A DNA stretch of 49,541 nt from Lachnospiraceae bacterium. GTDB taxonomy: Archaea; Thermoplasmatota; Thermoplasmata; Methanomassiliicoccales; Methanomethylophilaceae. The notes beneath the pieces were generated by a model that was not told the origin of the DNA, did no database searches, and was given only the letters and a program-made list of their open reading frames with translations. Position 1 is the stretch's first letter. Every line of letters starts with the position of its first letter. Made by a program: the position numbers and the translations under genes. Location: positions 1 to 49,541 of the forward strand of contig CAVHQB010000001.1 in NCBI GenBank assembly GCA_963637895.1, in the 5' to 3' direction. Positions 1-9,524 of the stretch are shown one piece after another.

Positions 1-143
1 CGTTGATGGAATCCTCTACGATGGGCTTCACGGCCCTGATGGTTCCGGCGAGGGCTTTCCTCAGATACTCCTGCTGTTCCTTGTTCATCCCTGCGGCGAA
101 CGCCTGCCAGGGGTTCGTTTGGAGCGGATTTCTGGTGTTCAGA
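1..143 (-). pseudogene. 3' remnant of a third TerB_N/TerB_C (SngA-like) paralogue; runs off the left edge
   Basis: Minus strand reads NPWQAFAAGMNKEQQEYLRKALAGTIRAVKPIVEDSIN, matching the C-termini of 1726..4059 and 4064..6346. Nt 1-55 are identical to 4168-4222. Homology continues to ~143 only with a 1-nt shift near 116, then stops at the tandem repeat. Confidence 0.75.
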
Positions 144-144
144 T

Positions 145-231
145 ATCCGAAATCTCCACAATGAAAAATCCGAAATCTCCCCAATGGAAAATCCGAAATC
201 TCCCCAATGAAAAATCCGAAATCTCCCCAAT
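145..231. repeat. 23-bp tandem repeat, 3.8 copies (ATCCGAAATCTCCCCAATGAAAA)
   Basis: Units start at 145, 168, 191 and 214, with single substitutions in copies 1 and 2 and no spacers. Confidence 0.97.
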
Positions 232-233
232 CA

Positions 234-239
234 TTATAT
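234..239 (+). promoter_or_regulatory. Putative TATA box (TTATAT) of the ATPase gene
   Basis: Directly after the last repeat unit and ~23 nt before ATG 262, which fits a leaderless archaeal transcript. Confidence 0.5.
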
Positions 240-261
240 GCGACCATGTTTTTGCAGCAGT

Positions 262-1587
262 ATGGCACTTACGCAGGAAGGTTATCGGCACAGGCTCATA
301 GAGGGCAGACTGGATTCTTGCCTTCGTGCGTTCGGAGGCGTCAGCATCGAAGGTCCGAAATGGTGCGGGAAGACGTGGGTCGGACTGAACGCATCCGAAA
401 GTGCGTTCATGATAGGCGATTCGGACGAATACGGACAGAGCAACAAAGAACTTGCACTGATGAACCTCAACAACGCTCTGGAGGGCGATTCCCCTCACCT
501 CATAGATGAATGGCAGGAGATCCCTGTGATATGGGACACGGTGCGCTCGAGATTGGACAAGACGCATTCGAAGGGCCTGTACATACTCACAGGGTCGTCG
601 ACGCCGAAGAAAGACAAGCCTGTCCATAGCGGGACAGGACGCATAAAGCATCTCAGAATGCATCCCATGTCCCTGTTCGAATCGGGAGATTCGTCCGGAA
701 TAGTATCTTTGAAGAGCATCCTGGAAGGGAAGGACATCGGGATACACAGGGCTGGGATCACCTTGGAAAGACTGACGGAACTCGCTGTCGTCGGCGGATG
801 GCCCGGCAACATGGGCCTCCCCTACGAGGAGCGTGTCGAATCCGTCCGTGGATATCTCGAGTCCACGATCAAATCCGCGGCCGAGATGGACGGCATTCGT
901 AGGAATGAGGCGAAACTGTGGCTCGTGATGCGGTCACTGGCACGCAACGAAGGCACTCTGGCCTCCGCGGTCAAGATACAGAGCGATACGGGGATACCTC
1001 TCAATGCGAAAGATATACTGGCGCCTCCCGAATCCGATGACGGGGTTGCGGGTTCTGTATCGTACAACACTGTCGGAGATTATCTGGATGTGTTCGATAG
1101 GATGTACCTGCTAGATGACCAGCCCGCATTCGACCCCCATCTAAAATCCAGCGTGAGGGTCGGAAAGACCGCCAAGCGTCATCTGGCCGATCCGTCCTTG
1201 GCGATAGCCGCCTTGAACGTCGGGAAAGAACGCCTGATGAAGGACCTGAAAACCTTCGGTTGCTTCTTCGAATCCCTATGCGAGAGGGACCTGAGGATCT
1301 ACGCAGAGAGCCTGGGCGGTCAGCTATCTCATTATCGGGACGATTCCGGCCGCGAGATCGATGCGGTGATCGAGATGCCTGATGGGAACTGGAGCGCCTT
1401 CGAGATAAAACTGGGCGCCCACAGGATAGACAGTGCCGCCGAAAGCCTGAAGGCAATCAGTTCGATCATGGAAAAGCACAAAGGGAACGCGCCGAAGACC
1501 CTTTGCGTGATATGCGGGCTGACCGAACGTGCATATCGTCGCAATGACGGTGTGTATGTCGTGCCCATCACAATGCTGGGCCCTTGA
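262..1587 (+). CDS. AAA_14 / DUF4143 ATP-binding protein with C-terminal PD-(D/E)xK-like motif
   Basis: Walker A GPKWCGKT, Walker B LIDEWQ, YILTGS, HSGTGRI, KRHLADPSL, YRDDSGREIDAVIE...FEIKLG. Start taken at MALTQEGY. Confidence 0.9.
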   Translation: MALTQEGYRHRLIEGRLDSCLRAFGGVSIEGPKWCGKTWVGLNASESAFMIGDSDEYGQSNKELALMNLNNALEGDSPHLIDEWQEIPVIWDTVRSRLDKTHSKGLYILTGSSTPKKDKPVHSGTGRIKHLRMHPMSLFESGDSSGIVSLKSILEGKDIGIHRAGITLERLTELAVVGGWPGNMGLPYEERVESVRGYLESTIKSAAEMDGIRRNEAKLWLVMRSLARNEGTLASAVKIQSDTGIPLNAKDILAPPESDDGVAGSVSYNTVGDYLDVFDRMYLLDDQPAFDPHLKSSVRVGKTAKRHLADPSLAIAALNVGKERLMKDLKTFGCFFESLCERDLRIYAESLGGQLSHYRDDSGREIDAVIEMPDGNWSAFEIKLGAHRIDSAAESLKAISSIMEKHKGNAPKTLCVICGLTERAYRRNDGVYVVPITMLGP

Positions 1588-1725
1588 ACCGGGGCCATCT
1601 GTCATGGTGTCCTCTGCCGGGACTCCTGCCAACACGATCTGCTCTTTGAGGCGAAAGCGTCGTGACCGGCTATGGCGGTCAGCATGCCTTGGCCATCGGT
1701 ATGAGCTCAGAATGAAGCCGGCCTT

Positions 1726-4059
1726 TCATTCGCAGTCGGATTCCAGAGCCTTTTTGATATCGTCCGCGTACTCGTCGAAGACCTCTCCGTTCTCCAGAAC
1801 CGTGTCCTTAGCCGTGTCCATGGCAATCGCGTTGATGGAATCCTCTACGATGGGCTTCACAGACCTCAACGAACCCGTCAGAGCTTTCCTCAAGTACTCG
1901 GCCTGGTCTTTGTCCAGCCTGTTGGCGAACGCCTGCCACGGATTGTCTGGCATTGCGGCCTCATGTTCTGGTTCGGGATCGGCCTCTTCCTCGATCTCAA
2001 TTGCTTCCTCCGTGCTCATGATCGCCGTGACATGATCGAGATCGGCCTGTGCGCGCTCAACCTCGGACCGGTCGATGGAGATGTTCATCGCCCTTTCCCT
2101 TGCGGCTCCCTTCTCCTTCTCGGAGAACCACTTCTCGATCTCCTCCCGCAGGATGCCGTCCAGCTCCACGCCGAATGCCACCTGGGGCTTCTTCTTCCTC
2201 GGAGGCTTCTCCCGATCGCCCACTGCGGCGATGACAGCTTTGATCAGGGCCCTCATCTCGTCCATGAATCCGTGCCCCTCGAAGATGTCGATGTAGCTGC
2301 ACTCTACATGCTTCCTCTTCCCACCCGGCCAATGATGGTACCTCAGGCCACGGAGGACCTCCATACGGACGCACGTGGGATATACGTAGGCGAACCTGAG
2401 AACGTTGTAGCCACAGTCTTTGCGGACTCCGTTTACCCGCACTAGCACGCGAGCGGCGATGTGCGCGCAATCGTCATCGAACGTTGCGAGTATCTGCGCG
2501 TCCGCTCTTTTCCTGCCGATGCCCGATGCCACGATCATAGCCTCGGCCGATACTGGCACGTCAGTCTCCCCGTCCAGCAGCCTTTCGATCATGAAGCTCG
2601 CGGTCAGGGGACAGACGTACACGGTGGGGTCCGGGGCGCATGAGTTCACCAGAGCATAGTCCAGATACGTCATCCCCGGCTTGCCGGTATGGCCTTCCGA
2701 GTCTACGGGGAAAAATCTGTCATACGTTCTTGCTAGCCCTGCCAGCTGGTCAAGCACATATTGATGGTCTTCATAGGCGTTGATGAGCTCGCACTTGTAC
2801 AGCCACAGGTAGCCCTCGTCCGTGGCACCGTACTTCCCTTCCCTGGCGCATTCCCTCCACCAGAGGTAGTATTCCAAGGCGTCAGGGGACAGGTCGCGGT
2901 AGCTCGGCCTCTTGAAGCCCGAGCGGACGTACTCGCACTTCTTCGAAGGCTCCTTGGACGCATACTTGATCATGCTGCTGAGGAAGTTGGCCGGAGGGTC
3001 CTCGTCCGAGAACCCTATGCCGTCTATGACGATGGGGCGGTCGGCGTTTCCGAAGCAGAAGCTGCGGACCGACCCGCGGGCGTTTTCCGGACGATACTGC
3101 GGCTCGACGATGTTGCCGTGGTCGAAGATGCCGTCGACCACCTCGCGGTACTCTTTGGTGAAGATGTTGGCCGCGACGGGCCCTTTGCCTCTTCCGGCCT
3201 CTTTTGCGATCGCCTGCTGGCAGTAGCGTACCAGGGCTCCGAGGAATGTCTGAAAGCGATTGTCCGGCGCGGTGTAGGCTACCGTGCAGTCCCTGTCGTA
3301 GAAGTACGGGATGGGAACGGTATTCCTTCCCCGCTTTGCGAAGAGAAAAACCGAGTCTGTCTTCTCTTCCCCGTAGGTCTCCAGGATGCCTTTGCCGGTC
3401 AGCTCCTTCATCTTGGCATCCACTGCAGGCAATGCGGAGCCGAACAGGCGTCCGAGCATGCCTTTGTCCTTGTTCAGGTCGCTGTACCGTTTGTATTCTC
3501 CGGCTGTGAGCAGGTCGATCACATCACCGTCCGAGACATGATCCGGCACTGGAAGGAGAATCTCGGATACCAGGACGTCTTTCCATATGCCCTCATAGCC
3601 AGGTCTCACACGGGGGAGGTCTAATCCGTTCGCTACCGCGTAGGAGAACACGGCGTCTGTGACATACGGCTTCATCCAGAACCAGAGGGCGTCGGCGTGG
3701 CACGAGTCATAGAGCCTGACGAGATGCTCCATGATCTTCTCCGGGTCGTCTCTGGAATTGATGAGCTCCACCATCAGGAGCCACGCATAGCCCACGTCCG
3801 TGCCGATGGCTTCTCCCTCGAAGAAGCAGTCTCTGTAGTGAAGATAGAAGTCCAGCTGTTCCTTGTCCAGGGCGTTGAAGTCGGGACGCTCGTACTGGCA
3901 TTCCACGAGCTTGCATTCCGTCCCGTGCATGTCCTTGTGCTCTTCGATCTGCTTCTCGAAGTCGTCGCCGGGCGTGTACTCCATGAACATGCGCGCGTAC
4001 CATGGCCTGTTGATGGACCACGGCGGCTCGCTGACATGATTCCAGATGCCGGGGGTCAT
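1726..4059 (-). CDS. TerB_N x2 + TerB_C protein (Shango SngA-like), paralogue 1
   Basis: TerB_N-like motifs PDFNALDKEQLDFYLHYR...GYAWLLMVELIN and PSYRDLSPDALEYYLWWR...GYLWLYKCELIN; TerB_C-like tail IVEDSINAIAMDTAKDTVLENGEVFDEY. Confidence 0.8.
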   Translation of the reverse strand: MTPGIWNHVSEPPWSINRPWYARMFMEYTPGDDFEKQIEEHKDMHGTECKLVECQYERPDFNALDKEQLDFYLHYRDCFFEGEAIGTDVGYAWLLMVELINSRDDPEKIMEHLVRLYDSCHADALWFWMKPYVTDAVFSYAVANGLDLPRVRPGYEGIWKDVLVSEILLPVPDHVSDGDVIDLLTAGEYKRYSDLNKDKGMLGRLFGSALPAVDAKMKELTGKGILETYGEEKTDSVFLFAKRGRNTVPIPYFYDRDCTVAYTAPDNRFQTFLGALVRYCQQAIAKEAGRGKGPVAANIFTKEYREVVDGIFDHGNIVEPQYRPENARGSVRSFCFGNADRPIVIDGIGFSDEDPPANFLSSMIKYASKEPSKKCEYVRSGFKRPSYRDLSPDALEYYLWWRECAREGKYGATDEGYLWLYKCELINAYEDHQYVLDQLAGLARTYDRFFPVDSEGHTGKPGMTYLDYALVNSCAPDPTVYVCPLTASFMIERLLDGETDVPVSAEAMIVASGIGRKRADAQILATFDDDCAHIAARVLVRVNGVRKDCGYNVLRFAYVYPTCVRMEVLRGLRYHHWPGGKRKHVECSYIDIFEGHGFMDEMRALIKAVIAAVGDREKPPRKKKPQVAFGVELDGILREEIEKWFSEKEKGAARERAMNISIDRSEVERAQADLDHVTAIMSTEEAIEIEEEADPEPEHEAAMPDNPWQAFANRLDKDQAEYLRKALTGSLRSVKPIVEDSINAIAMDTAKDTVLENGEVFDEYADDIKKALESDCE

Positions 4060-4063
4060 GAGT

Positions 4064-6346
4064 TCACTCTTTCTTGAGGTCCAGCGCCTCTCTCATGTCG
4101 TCCGCATACTCGTCGAAAACTGTCCCGTTCTCGACCACGGTGTCCTTCACCGTGTCCATGGCGATCGCGTTGATGGAATCCTCTACGATGGGCTTCACGG
4201 CCCTGATGGTTCCGGCGAGGGCCTTCCTCAGGTACTCCTTCTGCCCTTTGTTCATCCTCGCAGTGAAGGCTTGCCAGGGATTGTCGGGAGCGGCTTCCTG
4301 GGCATCGGGAACAGGTTCCGGCTCCTTCTCCGCCTCGGACTGGTCCTCAGTGCTCATGATCGAAGTCACGCGATCGAGGTCCGCCTGTGCGCGCTCCACC
4401 TTTGAAGGGTCTATGGAGAAGTCCTTTGCGACCACGGCCGCCTTTTCCTTCTCCTTCTCGGAGAACCATGCCTCCACTTCTTCAGGCAGGATGCTGTCGA
4501 GCTGCACGCCGAACGCCATGGCGGGCTTTCCCTTGCGGGGCTTGCCACGGTCCCTCACGGCTGCGATAACGGCTTTGACCAGGGCCTTCATCTCCGGAAC
4601 GAACGTGACGTTCTCCACGATGTTCAGCATCTCGCGCTCCGGCATCTTCCTCCTGCCGCTGGGCCAGCGGTAGTACTTCTCGTGAACGAAGACCTCTATC
4701 TTGATGTTCTTGGAGCGGAGCCTGCAGTATCTACGGACGGCGTCTCCGGTGCCACTGTCGTTGATCCTCATCAGGACGCGCGCAGCGATGTGGGCGCAGT
4801 CATCGTCGAACGCCGCACGGATGGGCAGGTCGGATTTCTTCTGGTCGAGGATCTGGGCCGCAACCAGCATGGTATCAGCCGAGACGGGGGTGTCCTCCTC
4901 CCCGTCCAGCAGCATCTCGATCATGTCGCTGGCCGACAGTATGCATGGGTACACCGTCGGGTCCTGGATCTGCAGGCCTTTGACGAAAGCATAGTCCAGA
5001 TAGGTCTTTCCGGGCTTCTTGGTGCGTCCGAACCAGTCCTCTTTGATGTATTTGTCATACGCTCTGCTCAGGCCCGATAGCTGGTCCAGCACGTACCGGA
5101 TGTCTTCGTGGGCGTTGATGAGCTCGCATTTGTACAGCCAAAGATACCCTTCGTCAGTGGCGCCGTACTTCCCTTCTCTGGCGCACTCCCTCCACCAGAG
5201 GTAGTACTCCAGGGCCTCCGGGGACAGGCAACGGTAATCCGGTTCCAGGTATCCAGACGGGACGTACTCCCGCTCGCCCGACGGCTTCTGTCCCGAGTAC
5301 CTGAGCATGTCGTCGAGGAAGTTCTTCTGCGGCGGGCTCTTGTGTGAGAAGCTCTCGCTGCTCATGACGACAGGCGTCATGACCTCTTCGATGCCGCGGT
5401 TGCGTGTCGTGCCGCGGACGGTCTTCGGATGCCGTTGCGGCTGGATTATGTCGCCGTGGTTGAGGATGCGGTCCACGATTTTGCGATACTCCTTGCCGAA
5501 GATATTCGCCACGGATGGGCCGTTTCCCACGTCCAGGTCCTTCTCCATGGCCTTCTGGCAGTAGCGGATCATCGCTCCGAGGAACGTCTGAAGCGATTTG
5601 CCGGCCGAGACGTATGTCACGGCATACCGCGCACCGTGGAACCAGGCGGGGTCTTCCCAGCTCCTGTTCGAGCAGGGCTCGATTATGTCCGTCCTTTCTT
5701 CTCCGTACGTCTCCAGGATGCCTTTGCCCGTAGTCCTTCTCATCTCTGCGTCCACCACCGGCAGTGCGGCGTTGAACAGGCCGAAGGACAGGCTGCATTC
5801 CGCATCCGGGTTCCAATAGTTCTCGAACGGGTATCCGGTGACTATGTCTATCAGGTCGTCGGGGATGCGCTCCGGTTCGGGAAGGAGGAGCTCGGAGATC
5901 AGGATCTGCCTCCACATGCCGCTGGTCGCGTATATGCGAGGGAGGTCGAGGTCGTTGGCGATCGCATACGAGAACATGGCCGTCGATGCGGCGATAGGTG
6001 CAGGGAAGCCGATCTTATGGTCGGAGCACATCTTGTAGAACCTTCCGAGATGCTTCATCACCGCTGCCGGGTCGTCGGTCGTGTTGACCAGTTCCGTCAG
6101 GAGCAGCCATGTGTATCCGTAATCGGTAGGGAGCACCTCTCCGGCGTAGAAGCGGTCCCTGAACCACAGGTAGTACTGCAGCTGGTCCTCGCTGAACGCT
6201 TTGAAATCAGGGGTCATGAACAGGCATTCGGCATAGTCGCAACTCGTTCCGTGCATGTCCTTGTGCTCTTCGACCTGCTGCTCTAAGTCTTCGCCGGGTT
6301 CCCGGCTGTCGTAGCCACGGCTCTTGCCGGTCTGCAAGATGATCAT
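4064..6346 (-). CDS. TerB_N x2 + TerB_C protein (Shango SngA-like), paralogue 2
   Basis: Same architecture and colinear similarity with 1726..4059; a 4-nt gap suggests co-transcription. Confidence 0.8.
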   Translation of the reverse strand: MIILQTGKSRGYDSREPGEDLEQQVEEHKDMHGTSCDYAECLFMTPDFKAFSEDQLQYYLWFRDRFYAGEVLPTDYGYTWLLLTELVNTTDDPAAVMKHLGRFYKMCSDHKIGFPAPIAASTAMFSYAIANDLDLPRIYATSGMWRQILISELLLPEPERIPDDLIDIVTGYPFENYWNPDAECSLSFGLFNAALPVVDAEMRRTTGKGILETYGEERTDIIEPCSNRSWEDPAWFHGARYAVTYVSAGKSLQTFLGAMIRYCQKAMEKDLDVGNGPSVANIFGKEYRKIVDRILNHGDIIQPQRHPKTVRGTTRNRGIEEVMTPVVMSSESFSHKSPPQKNFLDDMLRYSGQKPSGEREYVPSGYLEPDYRCLSPEALEYYLWWRECAREGKYGATDEGYLWLYKCELINAHEDIRYVLDQLSGLSRAYDKYIKEDWFGRTKKPGKTYLDYAFVKGLQIQDPTVYPCILSASDMIEMLLDGEEDTPVSADTMLVAAQILDQKKSDLPIRAAFDDDCAHIAARVLMRINDSGTGDAVRRYCRLRSKNIKIEVFVHEKYYRWPSGRRKMPEREMLNIVENVTFVPEMKALVKAVIAAVRDRGKPRKGKPAMAFGVQLDSILPEEVEAWFSEKEKEKAAVVAKDFSIDPSKVERAQADLDRVTSIMSTEDQSEAEKEPEPVPDAQEAAPDNPWQAFTARMNKGQKEYLRKALAGTIRAVKPIVEDSINAIAMDTVKDTVVENGTVFDEYADDMREALDLKKE

Positions 6347-6434
6347 CGGAGCGCTTCTCCTGTGCTCGCGGCGATGTGCGATGCCATGCCTGCGATATCG
6401 TGTGCCGATATTATATAGAGCGCATGGGAAGGGC

Positions 6435-6644
6435 TCACGATTCCAGGATCTCCTCCGAGACCCCGCCGAACGATGTCTGCCTGCTGACGTCAGTGTTATC
6501 TATCCAGGCCTTGTCCTTGGTGATGCGGCACACCTCCTGAGATTGAACACCTCTGGTGATGCCGTTCCTTCTCAAAACATCACGCCAATCGTTCTGCCCG
6601 CAGGCGAAGATGAAGCTAGCAGGATTCACCTGCCAAATGTCCAT
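6435..6644 (-). CDS. Possible small hypothetical protein
   Basis: 69-codon ORF from MDIWQV with an AT-rich TATA-like stretch at ~6707-6722; no recognisable motif. Confidence 0.2.
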   Translation of the reverse strand: MDIWQVNPASFIFACGQNDWRDVLRRNGITRGVQSQEVCRITKDKAWIDNTDVSRQTSFGGVSEEILES

Positions 6645-6733
6645 CCAACCACTTTTTGAGCCAATCAACTTTCAACCCTAAAACTCAGAGAGCGCCAAAA
6701 AATCGGCGTTAAGTTAAATATAGAATCCAGAAA

Positions 6734-9478
6734 TCAGTCCCAGAACCTCTTGTTCTTAGCGTACAGGATCTCGGCGTTCATTATGGCCCTGAGGAAATCG
6801 TCCTCGTCCACATGCATGCTCCTGAGTATGCGCGATGCGGCGTCCGGGCCGATCCCCCTTCCCGCAAGGGTGATCACCGCCCTCTTCCCGTGCTCGTTCA
6901 CGAGGTTCGCGTTCCTGGACAGGCGCAATCTGTCCTTTTTCTCCTGGGCGGACAGCTCGTCATGCTTCACCAGCGCGATGCTGTCCCTCTCGTAGCCTTT
7001 CAGGACGGCCACCATCACTCCGTTGCAATGGGGGCAGACGAACCTCTTCGGGGCATCTCCCACCCTGAACCTCCATTGGGACCCGCAGTTCAGGCACGAG
7101 GCGAACAGGACCTCGTCCTCCAGCCTCTTCTTCAGCGCCATCAGGATGGAATGGTCCGCCCTCACGGGCTGCATCAGCTCCTTGGACCTGACGATGCCCT
7201 CCAATCCTATCGTCGACACCGTCCCGGCGGTCATCTGGATCTCGCCGGAGGCGATCATCGACACCACCTTCTCGGTGTTCGGGATGTCCAGGTCCTCCCA
7301 GAGGACCTTGTTCACAGCCTCCTTGTAGGCAGGCGTGTCCTTGTGGATGTCGAACAGCCTCTGGAAGTTCATGAACCGGTGGTCGGCGTTCTTCTCGATG
7401 ATCCCGAACTTCTTCGCTACGAAGACGAACCTCCATCTGAGGAAGGACGAGTTCAGGATCGTCAGCCTGGCCAGGGCCTCGATCGTGCCCGGCTTCACCG
7501 ATCTCACTGTGGCGACGATGTCGTCGCGCTTCATGTTGCGGGGGAGCTCCAGGATCATCCTGTACGGGTCTGCGGTCATCCCCACGCTCTCCCCCAGGCG
7601 GGCCGTGAGCAGCGCGGCGTAGATCTTCCCCAGGGTCTCGTTCACCCTGGTGCCGAAGCATCCGTTGACGATCGCCAGCCTGTCGCCCATCTCGATGGTC
7701 ACGGTCCTGTCGGTGGGCATCGTGAACCTCTCGTCCTGGTCAGCGAAGTACTTCCTGAGGACATTCTTGCATCCCTCGTCGCCGGGATAGTCGTCCAGGT
7801 TCCTGAGGCGGCGCATCCTGCCGACCTCCATCGCCACATCATAGGGGACGGGGATGTCCGATCCGACCCAGTTGGGGACCGATCCGACTTCCCTGGCTTC
7901 CTCCACGAGGATCTCGTCCTCCCTCATCTCCACGATGCGCCAGGTCCTGCCCTTGGCGATGAACATGGCGTACTCCTCCGCGAAAGAGGCGACGAAGCTC
8001 TCGTCCAGGGTCCCGATGACCGCCCTGGTCCCGATGTCCCTGATCATGTACGTGCGCTCGTCGGGGATCATCGAGATGTTCTCGTAGAAGTAGTTCATCC
8101 CTTTCCTTGAGCGTTTGAATCCGTTCTCGTCCTCGAACAGCAGCTTGATGGACTTCAGCTGCTCCAGGACCCCGGCCATGTCCTCTTTGGTCAGGTCCCT
8201 GAACGGGTAGGCTCCGGTGAACGCCCTGTAGGCGGTCTCCCTGTCCACCGTGCCGGACATGGTCATGGCTATCAGCTGGTTCGCCACCACCGACAGGGGG
8301 CATGGCCTGCCCTCCCAGAACTCCAGCTCCTTGGAGTCGCACCTCCTGGCCACGACCAGGGACTCGGCGACCTCGTCGGGGGCGGTGGCGATTATCTTCG
8401 CGCGTATCCTCTCCCCCACCCTGTGGCCTGCGCGGCCGGCCCTCTGGACCATGCGGGACACCTGCCTGGGCGAGTTGTACTGGATGACCATGTCCGTGGA
8501 CCCCACGTCTATCCCCAGTTCGAGCGACGATGTGCACACCAGGGCCTTCACGTCGCCCTTCTTGAAGCGGTCCTCCATCTCCATCCTGTTCTCCTTGGAC
8601 AGGGAGCCGTGGTGGACATCGATGGAGAAAGACTCGTCCCAGATGTGGTACCTGGCAGCGAGCCATTCGGCGGTCTCCCTTGTGTTCACGAAGAACAGCG
8701 TGGACCTGCCGGACTCGATGACCTCCCTTGCGCGCCTCATCACGCCGAGGATCTCCGGGTCGCACTGCAGCTTGTCCAGGAGCTTCGGGTCCTCGCACGG
8801 AGGCGGAGATTCCACATCGATGTCGAAATCGCGATGGGTGTCGTGCTTGCGTATCGCCACCTGGCGCCTGGTGCCCGCCAGGAACCTGGCCACGCTGTCC
8901 ACGTTCCCGACCGTCGCCGACAGCCCGATCCTCTGGTACTCCCCGGCGACCAGGCACAGCCTCTCCAGGGCCACGCTGAGCTGAGCTCCCCTCTCGGTGT
9001 TGGAGAGCTCGTGGATCTCGTCGATGACCACCCATTGCACGCTCTTCATGTGCTCCCTGAGGCGCTTCCCGGTGAACAGCACCTGCAGCGTCTCGGGGGT
9101 GGTGATGAGGATCTCCGGCGGGTTCTGGGACTGCTGGTTCCTCTCGGCCTGGGAGGTGTCGCCGTGCCTCACGCCGACCTTGATCCCCAACGCCTTCCCG
9201 TACTCTTCCATCCTGCGGAGCATGTCCCTGTTCAGGGCGCGGAGCGGGGTGATGTAGATGCATCTGAACCCGGATTTCGATCCCTTCGTGCGGAATATCT
9301 CGTCCAGGATGGGGATCATCGCCGCTTCCGTCTTCCCTATCCCGGTGGGGGCGACCAGCAGGATGTTCCCGCCTGCGCGTATCCTGGGGATCACATCGGC
9401 CTGAGGGGGAGTCGGCTCGGTTATGCCCCTTTCCGCCAGCGCGGACACAAGCTCGGGGCTGAGGTTCTCGAAAGGCAT
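6734..9478 (-). CDS. lhr: Archaeal Lhr-family DEAD/DEAH helicase with C-terminal Cys-rich motif
   Basis: APTGIGKT, ITTPETL, DEIH, SAT, HHGSLS, SLELGID, QRAGRAGH, DEAD_assoc-like region, CLNC...CPHC. Confidence 0.93.
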   Translation of the reverse strand: MPFENLSPELVSALAERGITEPTPPQADVIPRIRAGGNILLVAPTGIGKTEAAMIPILDEIFRTKGSKSGFRCIYITPLRALNRDMLRRMEEYGKALGIKVGVRHGDTSQAERNQQSQNPPEILITTPETLQVLFTGKRLREHMKSVQWVVIDEIHELSNTERGAQLSVALERLCLVAGEYQRIGLSATVGNVDSVARFLAGTRRQVAIRKHDTHRDFDIDVESPPPCEDPKLLDKLQCDPEILGVMRRAREVIESGRSTLFFVNTRETAEWLAARYHIWDESFSIDVHHGSLSKENRMEMEDRFKKGDVKALVCTSSLELGIDVGSTDMVIQYNSPRQVSRMVQRAGRAGHRVGERIRAKIIATAPDEVAESLVVARRCDSKELEFWEGRPCPLSVVANQLIAMTMSGTVDRETAYRAFTGAYPFRDLTKEDMAGVLEQLKSIKLLFEDENGFKRSRKGMNYFYENISMIPDERTYMIRDIGTRAVIGTLDESFVASFAEEYAMFIAKGRTWRIVEMREDEILVEEAREVGSVPNWVGSDIPVPYDVAMEVGRMRRLRNLDDYPGDEGCKNVLRKYFADQDERFTMPTDRTVTIEMGDRLAIVNGCFGTRVNETLGKIYAALLTARLGESVGMTADPYRMILELPRNMKRDDIVATVRSVKPGTIEALARLTILNSSFLRWRFVFVAKKFGIIEKNADHRFMNFQRLFDIHKDTPAYKEAVNKVLWEDLDIPNTEKVVSMIASGEIQMTAGTVSTIGLEGIVRSKELMQPVRADHSILMALKKRLEDEVLFASCLNCGSQWRFRVGDAPKRFVCPHCNGVMVAVLKGYERDSIALVKHDELSAQEKKDRLRLSRNANLVNEHGKRAVITLAGRGIGPDAASRILRSMHVDEDDFLRAIMNAEILYAKNKRFWD

Positions 9479-9479
9479 G

Positions 9480-9514
9480 AAAAAAGGGAAAGGTGCCGGG
9501 GCTTCCGCCCCGGC
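9480..9514 (-). terminator. Hairpin + U-tract after the hdrD-like gene
   Basis: GCCGGGGC-TTCC-GCCCCGGC at 9495-9514, then a pyrimidine/T tract on the minus strand. Confidence 0.55.
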
Positions 9515-9524
9515 TTTCTCAGGA

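Noticed and set aside
145..231. CRISPR array
   Set aside because: Units are directly adjacent with no unique spacers, and no cas genes are in the window.
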